Made by a program: the position numbers and the translations under genes. Shown piece by piece: positions 1 through 10,133 of a DNA stretch of 20,000 nucleotides. This DNA comes from Mesotaenium endlicherianum. Taxonomy: Eukaryota. The notes below the pieces were generated by a model, which did no database searches, was not told where the DNA came from, and saw only the letters and a program-made list of their open reading frames with translations. The stretch's first letter is position 1. Each line of letters begins with the position of its first letter. The stretch is taken from contig WELA01001245.1 in the NCBI GenBank assembly GCA_009602735.1, positions 109,651 to 129,650 on the forward strand, read 5' to 3'.

Positions 1-226
1 CGGCTCAGATTGCCTCATCTCGATCGTGTCATCTTTGATCCTCGACGAAACAACATCAATGCCCACATTGAGTGCTCCAATTGGATTAATGTCTCCCTGC
101 GGTGGGGGTTGGGGGTTGGGGGTTGNNNNNNNNNNNNNNNNNNNNNNNNNNNNNNNNNNNNNNNNNNNNNNNNNNNNNNNNNNNNNNNNNNNGGTTGGGG
201 GGGGGTGGGGGGGGGGCGGCGTGCAG

Positions 227-332
227 GAACTATGAGTTTGTGGCCTACTGCCACCTGTGCGGCAACCCCAAGGTGGTGGGCTGGGACGACCTCGGCAGCG
301 TGGGCTGCCACTGCCCCAAGAACGACGGCCAG
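227..332 (+). CDS. TRM1: tRNA (guanine26-N2)-dimethyltransferase, internal exon (Cys-rich region)
   Basis: Boundaries are gcag|G...CAG|gtacc. The peptide NYEFVAYCHLCGNPKVVGWDDLGSVGCHCPKNDGQ has the YCxxCG...W..LG...CxC pattern I recall from the plant TRM1 C-terminal half (Arabidopsis TRM1c-like). Upstream exons lie outside the window. Confidence 0.85.
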
Positions 333-367
333 GTACCCCTGCTGCGCTGCACGGATCACGCTCTCGC

Positions 368-585
368 ACACGCACACACGCACAGGCACACACACACACA
401 CACACACACAGAGGCACGCACGCACGCACCGACACGGGCACGCATGCACCCGCGCTCGCACGCACNGCCCACGCCCTCGTGCCCCCGTGCACCCCACGCC
501 CACGCCCACGCCGGCGCCCACATGCACGCACAGGCTCACATGCACGCGCACGCGCACCCGACACGCACGTACATGCGCCCATGTG
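368..585. repeat. Degenerate (CA)n/(CACG)n intronic microsatellite
   Basis: Directly visible. Confidence 0.9.
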
Positions 586-828
586 TAGGGTTGCGTTGGA
601 ACACCTTTTAGTGCGCTTTCAGCGCTTCCGCGTTGATTTCTTCGACCGTCCCTCTCGCTGCGTCCACCTGCTTGAGCTCCACTCCCCTGATTCCCTTCCC
701 CCTTCCTCCCCTTTTCCGCGCTTCCCCTCCCCCTCCCCCAACCCCCGGCCTCCTTCCCTCAGGGCTGGAGAGCCTCATCCCCTAACAAATAGCCCCCGCG
801 CGTGCAGCTTTGCCGCATTGCAAGCAAC

Positions 829-829
<1 letters not shown>

Positions 830-921
<92 letters not shown>
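830..921. repeat. Poly-C homopolymer (92 nt) ending at N
   Basis: Directly visible. The length is unreliable because the run abuts a contig join. Confidence 0.9.
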
Positions 922-1037
922 NGACAAAGAGCATCACCTCTTGTCAAATCATCCCCGCCCGTGCAGCTCCGTCCCACGGGCGGCGGTTGCCCTCCCATCT
1001 GCCCCCTTCCGCCCTCAGCTAAGATCCTCATCCCCTG

Positions 1038-2724
1038 TCAAATCGTCCCCACGCTGCAGCTCCGGCCCATGGTGGTGGTGGGGCCCGTGTGGACGGGGCC
1101 CCTGCACTCGGGGCCCTTCGTGAAGCGCATGGCTGACCTGGCGCACGCCTGGGGCTGGACGGAGCCCGTCCGGGCGGCGGCCGCGGCGGGCGGCGACGGC
1201 AGGGGCGCCAAGGTGTGGGTCAAGAAGAAGAGTAAGGGCGGGCAGAAGCACACGCTGGGGGAGCTCCTGGGCATCATGCAGGAGGAGAGCAACCCCCACC
1301 TGCCCCCCTGGTACCTCGGCCTCGACAATGTGAGCAGACCCTCACCCCTAGCCCCAAAACTCAGACCCTGCAATCTCCCTGGGTTCCCCCTTTCTCTCCC
1401 CCCCCTCCCTTCCCCCTCTTCCTCCTCCTCCTCCCCCTCTGCCTCTGACACTGCCTCTGCCACTGCCTCCGTCACTGCCTCTGCCAATGTCAACACTACA
1501 GGTCCAACAACCCCTGCTCCTCCTCCTACTCCTCCTGCTGCTGCAGCTGCTGCTGCTCCTGCAGGCGCACGCTCGGCAGGTGCTTCTGGGCTGCCCTCGC
1601 CGCCCACATGCCCGCCTCTCCCCGCAGCCTTGCCTGCCTCATTCTCAGAGGAAAGGGACAAACCCACGGGCTCCTCAAGCGCATGCCCTGAAGGAGTCCC
1701 AGCATCAGTCCCGGGAAAAGGGGGAGGAGGAGGGGAAGGAGAGCCCTCGGTGGTTCTCTGAGAGTGCGCCTGCGTTGACTTCTTGCCCTTCTTATGGGAC
1801 GCCTGCTGCCGCGCCGGGCTGGAGGAGCCAAACTCGCGAGGAGCGGCGCTGGAGCGCTTCTTCTCCTGTGGCGCCGCCACGTGGGAGGATGGTGGCGCCG
1901 CCACGTAGGAGAACAGGGATGGTGCCGCCATCTCCTCGAGCTCCCGCTCCGCCCACGCCGGCAGCCTGTGCCTACTCACGGCGCCTCGTGTGGGGCTCGC
2001 CGCCCCCTCTTGGGCCAAGATCGGCGAGCTCCTCTCTGACATGCTGCCTCCCTCCTCCTGCCACTGCCCCTGGCCCTGGCCCTGCCCCTGCCCTTGCTCC
2101 TCCTGCTCCAGCACGTCCTGCTCCTCATTGTGCCCCTGCCCCTGCCCCTGCTCCTCCCACTCCTCCTGCCCATCCTCCTGCCCCAGCCCCTGTCCCTGCC
2201 ACTCCTGCTCCTGCCACTGCTGCTCATGCTCCCGCTCCTTCTCCTGCTCCTCCTGCTTCTGCTCCTGCTCCTCCTCCTGCTTCCCTTCAGAAATGGCAAC
2301 GGTCAAGGCTGGTGCGGAGTCTCCGTGTGCAACATGAGGCGCCCGATGGCTCCTCCGCTTCTCGCCATCCGCTAGCTGCCGCCGCCGCTGCTGCTTTTGC
2401 TGCCGCTCTTCGGGTTGCTGCTGCCGCTCGCCCTCCGTTGCCTTCGGAAGGCTCCCGGAGTGGCCAAGCAGCCCCAGGAGCTCCCCCGAGTTCTCATTCG
2501 TCAGAAGGTCTAGGTGGGAGTCCAGGAACGTCGTGGGCGGATCGGGGGGCTTGCCTGCCGCCCTCGGATGCGGATCTGACGGTGGGGGGCGACGAAGGCG
2601 CAGGCCCGTGCGGGGCCCGCTTTCCCCATTTGTCTCCCCACCCCTCGCGCCAGAAGTGGCTCCGGAGCCCATCAGTTGGGCAGAGCCCCCACTCTTCTGC
2701 AGCACTTGCACGTGTGGCGCCTGG
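1038..2724 (-). other. Long antisense low-complexity ORF (>=557 aa) mostly inside a TRM1 intron; probable exon of an unidentified gene
   Basis: The frame is open from the single N at 2725 to the stop at 1038. It shows triplet-patterned E/Q/G-rich and VAAP repeats, unlike the dinucleotide-repeat introns nearby. No domain recognised. Confidence 0.45.
1060..1329 (+). CDS. TRM1: TRM1 internal exon
   Basis: Boundaries are ctgcag|CTC...AAT|gtgag, phase 0/0. It encodes VVVGPVWTGPLHS (Trm1 GPxWxGPLH motif), LAHAWGW and LGELLGIMQEESNPHLPPWYLGLD. Confidence 0.92.
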
Positions 2725-2732
2725 NGGCTCAG

Positions 2733-2795
2733 ATCTCAAAGCTGGGCCAGGTGGCGACGCCTTCGCGCCTGAAGCTCATCAAGGCCCTCCGCGAG
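2733..2795 (+). CDS. TRM1: TRM1 internal exon
   Basis: Boundaries are ctcag|ATC...GAG|gtact, 63 nt, phase 0/0. ISKLGQVATPSRLKLIKALRE fits the Trm1 helical segment that precedes GYxxSRSH. Confidence 0.85.
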
Positions 2796-2802
2796 GTACT
2801 CC

Positions 2803-2935
2803 CTCTCTCTCCCTCTCTCTCTCTCTCTTTCTCATGTGCATACCCTCTATCACTCTCTCTCTCTCTCTCTCACACACACACGCACTGACACGCACGCACA
2901 CACAGACACACGCAACACACGCACGCTTGCACACG
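2803..2935. repeat. (CT)n followed by (CA)n intronic microsatellite
   Basis: Directly visible just after the donor at 2796. Confidence 0.9.
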
Positions 2936-4426
2936 AAGTCATATAGCTATTTACGTCTAGTCGTGCGTTTGCGAAAGCTCAGAACCCACCCAGACTTCCC
3001 TCCCTATATGCATCTACAGTCCTGGGCATGTGTGTACCCGTAGCTCAGATGGGTCCGAGCAAAGGATAGAGGAGGAGCCCCACCACCCCTGCAAGGCTCG
3101 TGATATTGTATACAGGAAGATTCGCATTTTACGAAAAGCCTCTTCCTACTTTCTCCCCCCACATTGGCCCCCCATCTCCTCATCGTGCCTCGTCTTGCAA
3201 TCATGAATTTTCTGGCACAACCTTCAGTTTCCGGCACTCGCGTCAGAGCTCCAGCTCTCCTCTCCCCTTTCTCTCTCCCCCTGCCTCAGCCTCGAACCGC
3301 CATCGTGAGCAAGGAGGAAAGTGAGTGTGGAGCGCCGAGAGGCAGGAGCTTCAAATTGGAAACGACAGTGAAAGGCGCGGATGGTGCAGAAGTTTGAGTG
3401 GTACCACAACCGCACACATCCCTTCAGAAGTTCCAACGAGCTTGGACCAGTCTCACTTGTAAAACGTGCTCCAAAAGTAAGATGCTATGGCCAGTGCCTG
3501 CCTGGGCCTATCACAAGCATTTGTGTAAGAACCAAGAGCAATAGAATGCAACGCCGTGTTTGCCACAGTCATAGGCCTGACTGACAGATGTGTACGCCGC
3601 TTCACTGCACTCATCCAGCCATGGCTGTTGGCATGGCCAGCCCTGCTTTCAGACATGGCTCTCGCGCTCGCGTCAGTTCCCGAGTTCATGCATTCCCGGT
3701 GCCCTCGGGACGGGCGGCTTGACCGCCTCCATCTTGCATGCGCCAAGTGGCGTGTTCTAAGGACCAGGGGCCATTTGCGAGTGCAAGAAGGGGCTCTGGC
3801 TTCCCACTCCTGAGCTCAGGCCGTTGCTTGGCTTGTTCTGCTTGTTACCACCCTGCGTGCTTCAAACTCTTATATCCAAAGACCTGTCTCAAAAACCCGA
3901 GTTGTCAAGAGTGCGCGTGGGGGTGAAGCGCTCCCTGGAGCTTTGCTGTGTGAGGAGGGTTTGCCTGTCTTTTTGCCCTCCTTTGCGTGTGCATGTGTCT
4001 CTTTTCTCTTTTCGTGACGCTTTGGCTCTCCCTGTTGCTTGAGCCTCAGATCCTGATGGACCCCCCACTGGCCTACTTCAAACGAGTGGTACACCGGTCA
4101 CGACGGACGGTGGCGCGTGTTTGAGTGCGCTGTGTTCGTGGCTGCGTCCCCTGGCCTTGCAGAGTGGGCACCACTCTGGGCTCCTTCAAACGAGTGACGA
4201 TAGGTGGATACTAAGAACTATCAGATGGTGCACGTGTGAGGGGGTGTGCCTTGTGCCGTGGTGCTGTGTGCGTGCCCGCCCGTGCGGAGCAGGAGTGGGT
4301 GCACCACAAACGAGAGTGACGTGGATGCGAGAGCCGTGTGGCTCACTCTGTGCGCTGCTGAGCGTTGCCGTGCGTTGCCGTGTGTTTCCATGTGTCCCTG
4401 TGTGTGTATATGTGTTCACTTGGCAG

Positions 4427-5104
4427 AGCGGGTACCACGCAAGCAGATCGCATGTGGAGGCCAGCGCGGTGAAGACAAACGCGTCGGTCAGCGCCATCAT
4501 CGAGGCCGCTCGCAGGCTGGACCCCCGGCTCCGCAGCGAGCCCTCTGGGGCACCGCCGGGAACAGCGCCAGATGCGCCGGGGCCGGCAGCAGGAGTGGGA
4601 GGAGCAGGAGGAGCAGCAGCGATGGAGGCAGTAGTACCACCACCACCAGCAGCAGCAGCAGCGGAGGCAGTTTTGGCAGCAGCAGCAGCAGCAACGGAGG
4701 CAGTTTTGGCAGCGGCAGCAGCAATAACGATAGTACCAGCAGCAGCGGCAGCCGCAGCAGAGGCGGTAGAACGAGCGGGAGCACCGGGGGCAGTGGCGGC
4801 AGCTGCGTCGGCAGCAGCGGCAGCAGCGCCAGAGGCAATACCAGCAGCAGCAGCTGCAGCTGCAGCAGCGGAGGCGGTTGCACCGGCAGGAGTACCGGGG
4901 GAGGCAGTGCTGGCAGCAGAAGAAACAGGATCAGCAACGCTAGAGGGGGTGGCACCACCAGAAGCTGCAGCAGCTGGAGCACCAGGCGCACTAGTGGCAC
5001 CACCCGCAGCAGCAGCAGAGCTAGAGGCGCAAGCACCAGCAGCAGCGGCAGGAGCAGCAACATCAGAGGCAATACCGGCAGCAGCAGCAAGTCATGGCGC
5101 ATGA
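4427..5104 (+). CDS. TRM1: TRM1 terminal exon with long Ala/Glu/Pro-rich extension
   Basis: Acceptor ggcag|AGC, phase 0. SGYHASRSHVEASAVKTNASVSAIIEAAR matches the Trm1 C-terminal GYxxSRSH...KT(N/D)A motif. A GCA-repeat-encoded tail runs to TGA at 5102-5104. Confidence 0.88.
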   Translation, partial: SGYHASRSHVEASAVKTNASVSAIIEAARRLDPRLRSEPSGAPPGTAPDAPGPAAGVGGAGGAAAMEAVVPPPPAAAAAEAVLAAAAAATEAVLAAAAAITIVPAAAAAAAEAVERAGAPGAVAAAASAAAAAAPEAIPAAAAAAAAAEAVAPAGVPGEAVLAAEETGSATLEGVAPPEAAAAGAPGALVAPPAAAAELEAQAPAAAAGAATSEAIPAAAASHGA

Positions 5105-7397
5105 GCCTCCACTCGGAAAAGCTCCAGGGTGTTTTACCCTTTGCTGAAAGACCTCGAACCTGGTCAAAGCCGAACCTTGTCCAACGCCACCCGTGCCTGC
5201 TTTACACCTTACTGGATTAGGCAGGGCTCTTTTAGGGGTTGCAACTTCATGAATCATAGAATAAGGTTATTTTAATTGCTGTATGAAACATGATGGCGAT
5301 TGTATTGGGTGGTGCTGATGGTGACGGCACAGAAATAGCTCTCACATATAGTACAACTATGAGGCTTTCATGCTGAATTTCAATAGTGCCTTCAGCTCTT
5401 TGGAGGTAACAAGTGCTCCGCAGACGTGCGCGCCCAGGAGAGTGAGGGGGGAGGCGCAGAGTGGGGAGGGAGGCATCTTGGCAGAAAAGCTGGCGTAAAG
5501 AGAGCATTTTTTGGGAAGTTAAAAGCTTGTGATAGGCAGGCGAAGGATACACTTGTTGTGGATAGTTTCCAGCTTGAGCTTTGTGTCTTCTACCTTTCGT
5601 AGCTAGGCGAGAACTTAAAAGCATGCTAGTAGCCTTGTTTGTGCTTCTCTCATTAGACTAAAACAAATATCATCAATACAGAGTGATTTTGTCTGATATT
5701 GAAGTTCCATCCTAGTAGTGCATTCTTCTTATTCTTGATATAACCACTGGTCCTTCATGAAGGCAACATTTGAAGGCACATTTGTCACAATGGTCAGCAA
5801 TTGACGTACACTCCAGCGGTATAGATGCTGCATGATAAACTGAGACTTTATTGTGATAGAGGGACCTTATATGATGATCGTGCGATATGACTGCGTCCCG
5901 ATCGGTGAGGTGGCCTCCCCCTTTTCAGTTCCATATTTTTTTCTTGTATGGTGGAACAAAATTGGTGTAAGGGTCAACTCAAACATACTCCAAGAGAATT
6001 TTTTGAAGCATTTTTGTTTGGCATAATAACATCCCACGACGTAGAGGCATTCATATTTTTTTGTGGAGTTTATGCGACATCCACTGAGCATCATAAGGGT
6101 ATTATAAGAACATCTTTTCTTTTTGTCGGACTTAACAACATCCAAAACAGCAAATGACATCGAAAAAGTATAGAATCGAGGGTCCAGGTGCCCTACAGGC
6201 AGGTGCCCTGCTCTCCTCAGTTAAATCATGACAAGATACGGCGTCTGCGTTTGTTTGCGCAAATTTGTGTACCTTACGGCATGGGGTGATAGTTCCCTCC
6301 AAAATCCGGGCGTTTATTGCGACACTTTTTCGCTTGCGGCATGATTTCTCCAGCCAATTCTAGCCCCTGATGGGTACGTAATCAAAAGAACGGAGACCTT
6401 GTCGCTCGACATTCTTCTGAAAACTTTCAATGAATTAAAAAAGTCGAAGCCAGTTAGCACCCCATGCTGACGAGAGGATGCCGAGATAAGATTCGGACTC
6501 GGCGACTTCGTCAACATGTTTTGACAGCGGGAAATAGCGGGCAACTTTGTGCCGACAACCGCTGGGGTCAATTCTCAGCGTTAATTATCAACATCAGCTG
6601 AAACGGGCTTTGAGAGTTTGCACCCTTTCGCTGCGACATCACGCCCGTACCAAATCCCCGCCAAGCGTCTCTTTCATTCGGTCACGTCCTTCCAAGTTTC
6701 ACCAGCGAGGGCCTTCCAAGTTTCACCATGCAGCGCCTTTTCTCTGCCCCTTGAACATAGCTTTCCCCGTCAACACCACCATTAGTCTTCCTTACAGTCG
6801 TTCGGCTGGCCCTTCACGGTGTACAGTCACCTGAAAGTACTCGGCTGACTTGCAGCAAGCGCTCATCGAGACTTCCCGTGTCGCTGCGATCGAGTCCAAA
6901 CGCCCGTTCTTGACACAGAATACTTCAGTCTCAGTATCGCCCAGAAGACACAGGTATCGTACAGAGCTTTGGTACCGAGTGCTTCAAATTAAGGGATATT
7001 AAACTTGTGTGTCGTAATCTAGCAGTTGTTATCCAAGCTCTTCGAATGTACTGGTGACAGTTTCCTAAGCATCCCCTGCACAGCATAGCTGGCGCACTCC
7101 TTACAAAGATCGGACCACTGGCGCAAAGTTTCAAAATCAGGCTAACAGAGGAAATTGAAGCTCAACCCTAGTCTGAGAGAATGTGGGCAGATGGAGGACT
7201 CCGGGTTGACTTGCCTGGAAGAGGGCAGGAGGCTGTCTACCAGTAGTAATACGGACACACACGCACAGCTCCCCGCCACTTCAGCAGCCTGCTTCCCTTG
7301 TACGTGTCACGGGAGCCTACAGCCTGCCTTCGTGAGGCACTCATTCTCTTTACTAGTCAGAGTTATCCTTGCCCTGCGGTCTGCTCTTGCGAGTGCC

Positions 7398-8900
7398 ATG
7401 GCGGCTCTAACAGACGGTGCCTATGCGAGGGTTCAGACAGAAGACCAGTATGTGGTTGAGCGGAAGGCCTACAGACCAATCAAAGGAAAATTCAGCAAGT
7501 CTAAGGTAGCGCCCTCGCATGCACGGCCAAGTGGGCCACCCAAGTCGAGAATGGGCGGGAGAGAGGGGAGGGACTTGGAAAGAGGCGTGTATGAAAAGGA
7601 CCCCAAGACACGGAGTGGCAACCCCGTGTTCAGACTGAGTGAGGTAGCCAATTACCAGGAGAAGGAGCGCAGAGACGTGGCCAAATATACGCTAGCGTCG
7701 AAGGCGCAGGAGCCAGAAGAGGGCCAAGTGTACGCCTGGGATGAGCGCAAGCTCGAGAAGGAGATCGAGGGCAACATTTTCTTAGTCAAGGCAAGGGGCT
7801 CTTTTGGCAGCGCTGGCATTTCTGAAGTAGAGCTGGCCCCTCCCCTTCCAGACTGGCAGCCCTTTGCTGACTTGGAGCTCCGCGAGAAGAACAGAAAGGC
7901 AAAAGTTGCTACCACCCTCAAAGCCCCCTTGGAGGAAGTCACATTCAGAGTGGGGGGGCCGACGTCCTCACGGGCTGGCGCAGTGGGCGCCCATGGTGCC
8001 AGCAAGGCACACTCTACTTCGGAGTCTCTCTGGGAGGACAAGGCCCTGGGTGCCGAGAGCAGCTCTGAGAACGAAGATGAAGGCGAGGCTGGCCCTGGTG
8101 CCAGCGCTGGGTCTAGCGCTGGCGCTTGCGCAACGTCCAACCAGGAGGCGCCAGGTGGAACCCCCTCGGGAAGCAAGCTGTGGAAGAGCTTCATCAACTG
8201 CCTGCGCAATCAGCAGCGCAGCGAGCAGCAGAAAGCCGACAGCATGCCCCTCCACCCCGCCAGGTGGCACCAGAAGCACAGCAGCAGAGTGCGCCCCCCT
8301 GTGTGGGCCCCACCGGGCACTGCAGTGCCCCACCAGCGTCTCCCTCCTCTGCCACCTAAGCCCTTTGTGCTGCCTCCGATGAACAAAGAGCACGTGGGCA
8401 GGAAGACTCTGGTGCTCGATCTGGACGAGACGCTCGTGCACTCGTCGTTCAAGCCCATCCCCAACCCCGACTACATCGTGCGCGTGGAGATCGACGGGCG
8501 CGTTACGGACGTGCACGTGCTCAAGCGGCCGGGCGTGGACGAGTTTCTGCGGGCCATGGCCGCCCTTTTTGAAATTGTGGTGTTCACTGCCAGCCTCAGC
8601 AAGTACGCGGACCCCCTGCTCGACCTCCTAGACAGGGAGGGCACCATTGCGCATCGCCTCTTCAGAGAGAGCTGCTTCCATTCCGACGGCGCGTACGTGA
8701 AGGACCTCTCGGTTCTGGGACGCGACTTGAAATCGACGCTGATCGTCGACAACAGCCCGTGCTCGTACATCTTCCACCCGGAGAACGCCATTCCTATTTC
8801 CAGCTACATCGACGACCCTTCAGACATCGAGCTCGTGGAACTCATTCCGTACCTACAAGCTGTGGTGTCGCTTGACGATGTTCGAGGGATTGCTAACTGA
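7398..8900 (+). CDS. CTDSP: Small CTD phosphatase-like (NIF/FCP1-homology, HAD superfamily) protein of the SCP/CTDSP (yeast Psr) type; single coding exon, 500 aa
   Basis: Motifs are RKTLVLDLDETLVHSSFKP (DxDxT at 8418-8432), VLKRPGVDEFL, VFTASLSKYAD, RLFRESC, YVKDLS and IVDNSP. The start is gccATGG at 7398, with an alternative in-frame ATG at 7191. Stop is TGA at 8898-8900. Confidence 0.95.
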   Translation: MAALTDGAYARVQTEDQYVVERKAYRPIKGKFSKSKVAPSHARPSGPPKSRMGGREGRDLERGVYEKDPKTRSGNPVFRLSEVANYQEKERRDVAKYTLASKAQEPEEGQVYAWDERKLEKEIEGNIFLVKARGSFGSAGISEVELAPPLPDWQPFADLELREKNRKAKVATTLKAPLEEVTFRVGGPTSSRAGAVGAHGASKAHSTSESLWEDKALGAESSSENEDEGEAGPGASAGSSAGACATSNQEAPGGTPSGSKLWKSFINCLRNQQRSEQQKADSMPLHPARWHQKHSSRVRPPVWAPPGTAVPHQRLPPLPPKPFVLPPMNKEHVGRKTLVLDLDETLVHSSFKPIPNPDYIVRVEIDGRVTDVHVLKRPGVDEFLRAMAALFEIVVFTASLSKYADPLLDLLDREGTIAHRLFRESCFHSDGAYVKDLSVLGRDLKSTLIVDNSPCSYIFHPENAIPISSYIDDPSDIELVELIPYLQAVVSLDDVRGIAN

Positions 8901-10133
8901 TGAGTTGGGCAACTTGGCAATAATGCATGCAAAGGAGTGCACGTGCGTGCACTATAGCTGTGCTATTTCTGTGGTCCTTGAGGTCGAGATGCTGGATGAA
9001 GCATCTTTGTACATTACATTCAAGTTATTTTAAAAGGACACAGAGGAGCTAGGACCATATGTAGTATCTATCTCAAGACTAAGTATGCACTGTGTAGATC
9101 GTAGGAGTTGTTTATAAAGATCCCGTTTCACCCAAATGTACTCATCGCTCTGATGGCAGTACTATATTCATTTCTCCACCCTGCTGAGTTCAAATGCTTG
9201 CATGAAGTAAGAGCACCATCTTGTTCAAAATTCCTCCAGAAACATGCTTCTTATGCAGCATCAAGCTGTGCAACATCGGCATGACCCAACCCACGATGAA
9301 AGCTAGGAGTCAAGAAGGATAACAGAAAGGGAGTACACATGACATCATAGGAAAACCTAACTACATCCTGTTGAATGCTGCTCCGCCACTACTACCCACG
9401 AGGCACCTCCCTACGACTTTACTCTCCACCGCTCCGCTTGCTGTGATTTTCACTCGCTAGCCCCCTTTACACCTGCAGCATAGAGTGCACAGACCGGCTG
9501 GACAGCACACCAAGTCGGCCAGCACTACGCTCGGAAGCCCGCGACGCTGCTGAGTGCTTCTCCGCAGACCAGCTTTGCAACAGTGCTCCCTCAGCAAATC
9601 AGCTCCAAGTTCCAGCATTGCTCTGGAGTACTCTCCGCTTTTACTGGCTCTCACAGCTCTCTTCTGTTCTCGCTCCCTTCTCTACTTCCTGTTCCCATAA
9701 TGCCTCGCCATGGTGTGAGTCCACACTCCGCGCTCGTCCATACAGGATAAAGTGTGCAGAGGCCGGCTTGAGAGAACCCTGCACTCGCTTCCTACCACAG
9801 CTTGCTAGTGGTCCTATGAGCCGTGAGGCGCACAAGCGCCTGAGCCCACCGAGCGTGTGAGATGGGAGGCGCAGCAGAGGGAGGGCGCGAGACCTGGAAG
9901 GCTCCGTAAGGCGCCACCTGGGGCAGAAGCTGGGTCTTAAAGGGAGCACCTGTGTGCTCCCTTAGGACCTTACCAGAATGCACTTCCTGTCTTCCATAAG
10001 CCACTCATCAGGTGACTTTGAGAGGGCCGAGAAACTAACTGAAGGACAAATGAATGGGAAACCAAAAGGGCCAGTGTAGGACTGTAACTTCCGAGTACAC
10101 ACAGACACTGCCAGCATGCAGCGAGCCAGCTGT

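Noticed and set aside
802..1761. 319 aa poly-Pro (extensin/formin-like) ORF
   Set aside because: The poly-Pro comes from an intronic poly-C run at a contig join. Only 1060-1329 is supported as exon.
1990..2337. Cys-rich metallothionein-like ORF on + strand
   Set aside because: It is the antisense shadow of the E/Q/G codon repeats of the - strand ORF.
3036..3130. tRNA-like D-arm/A-box (tagctcagatgggtccgagc; GCTC/GAGC stem)
   Set aside because: No anticodon arm, GTTCRA T-loop/B-box or acceptor stem follows. At most a SINE-like remnant.
4246..5220. Ser-rich + ORF and Leu-rich - ORF (4497-5102)
   Set aside because: Alternative readings of the GCA repeat. Only the Ala frame continues the Trm1 motif.
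5220..6215. AT-richer intergenic stretch with an LDPRF peptide on the - strand and CAGGGC...GCCCTG ends, suggesting a hAT element
   Set aside because: The inverted match is only 6 bp, there is no 8-bp target-site duplication, and no further transposase similarity is visible.
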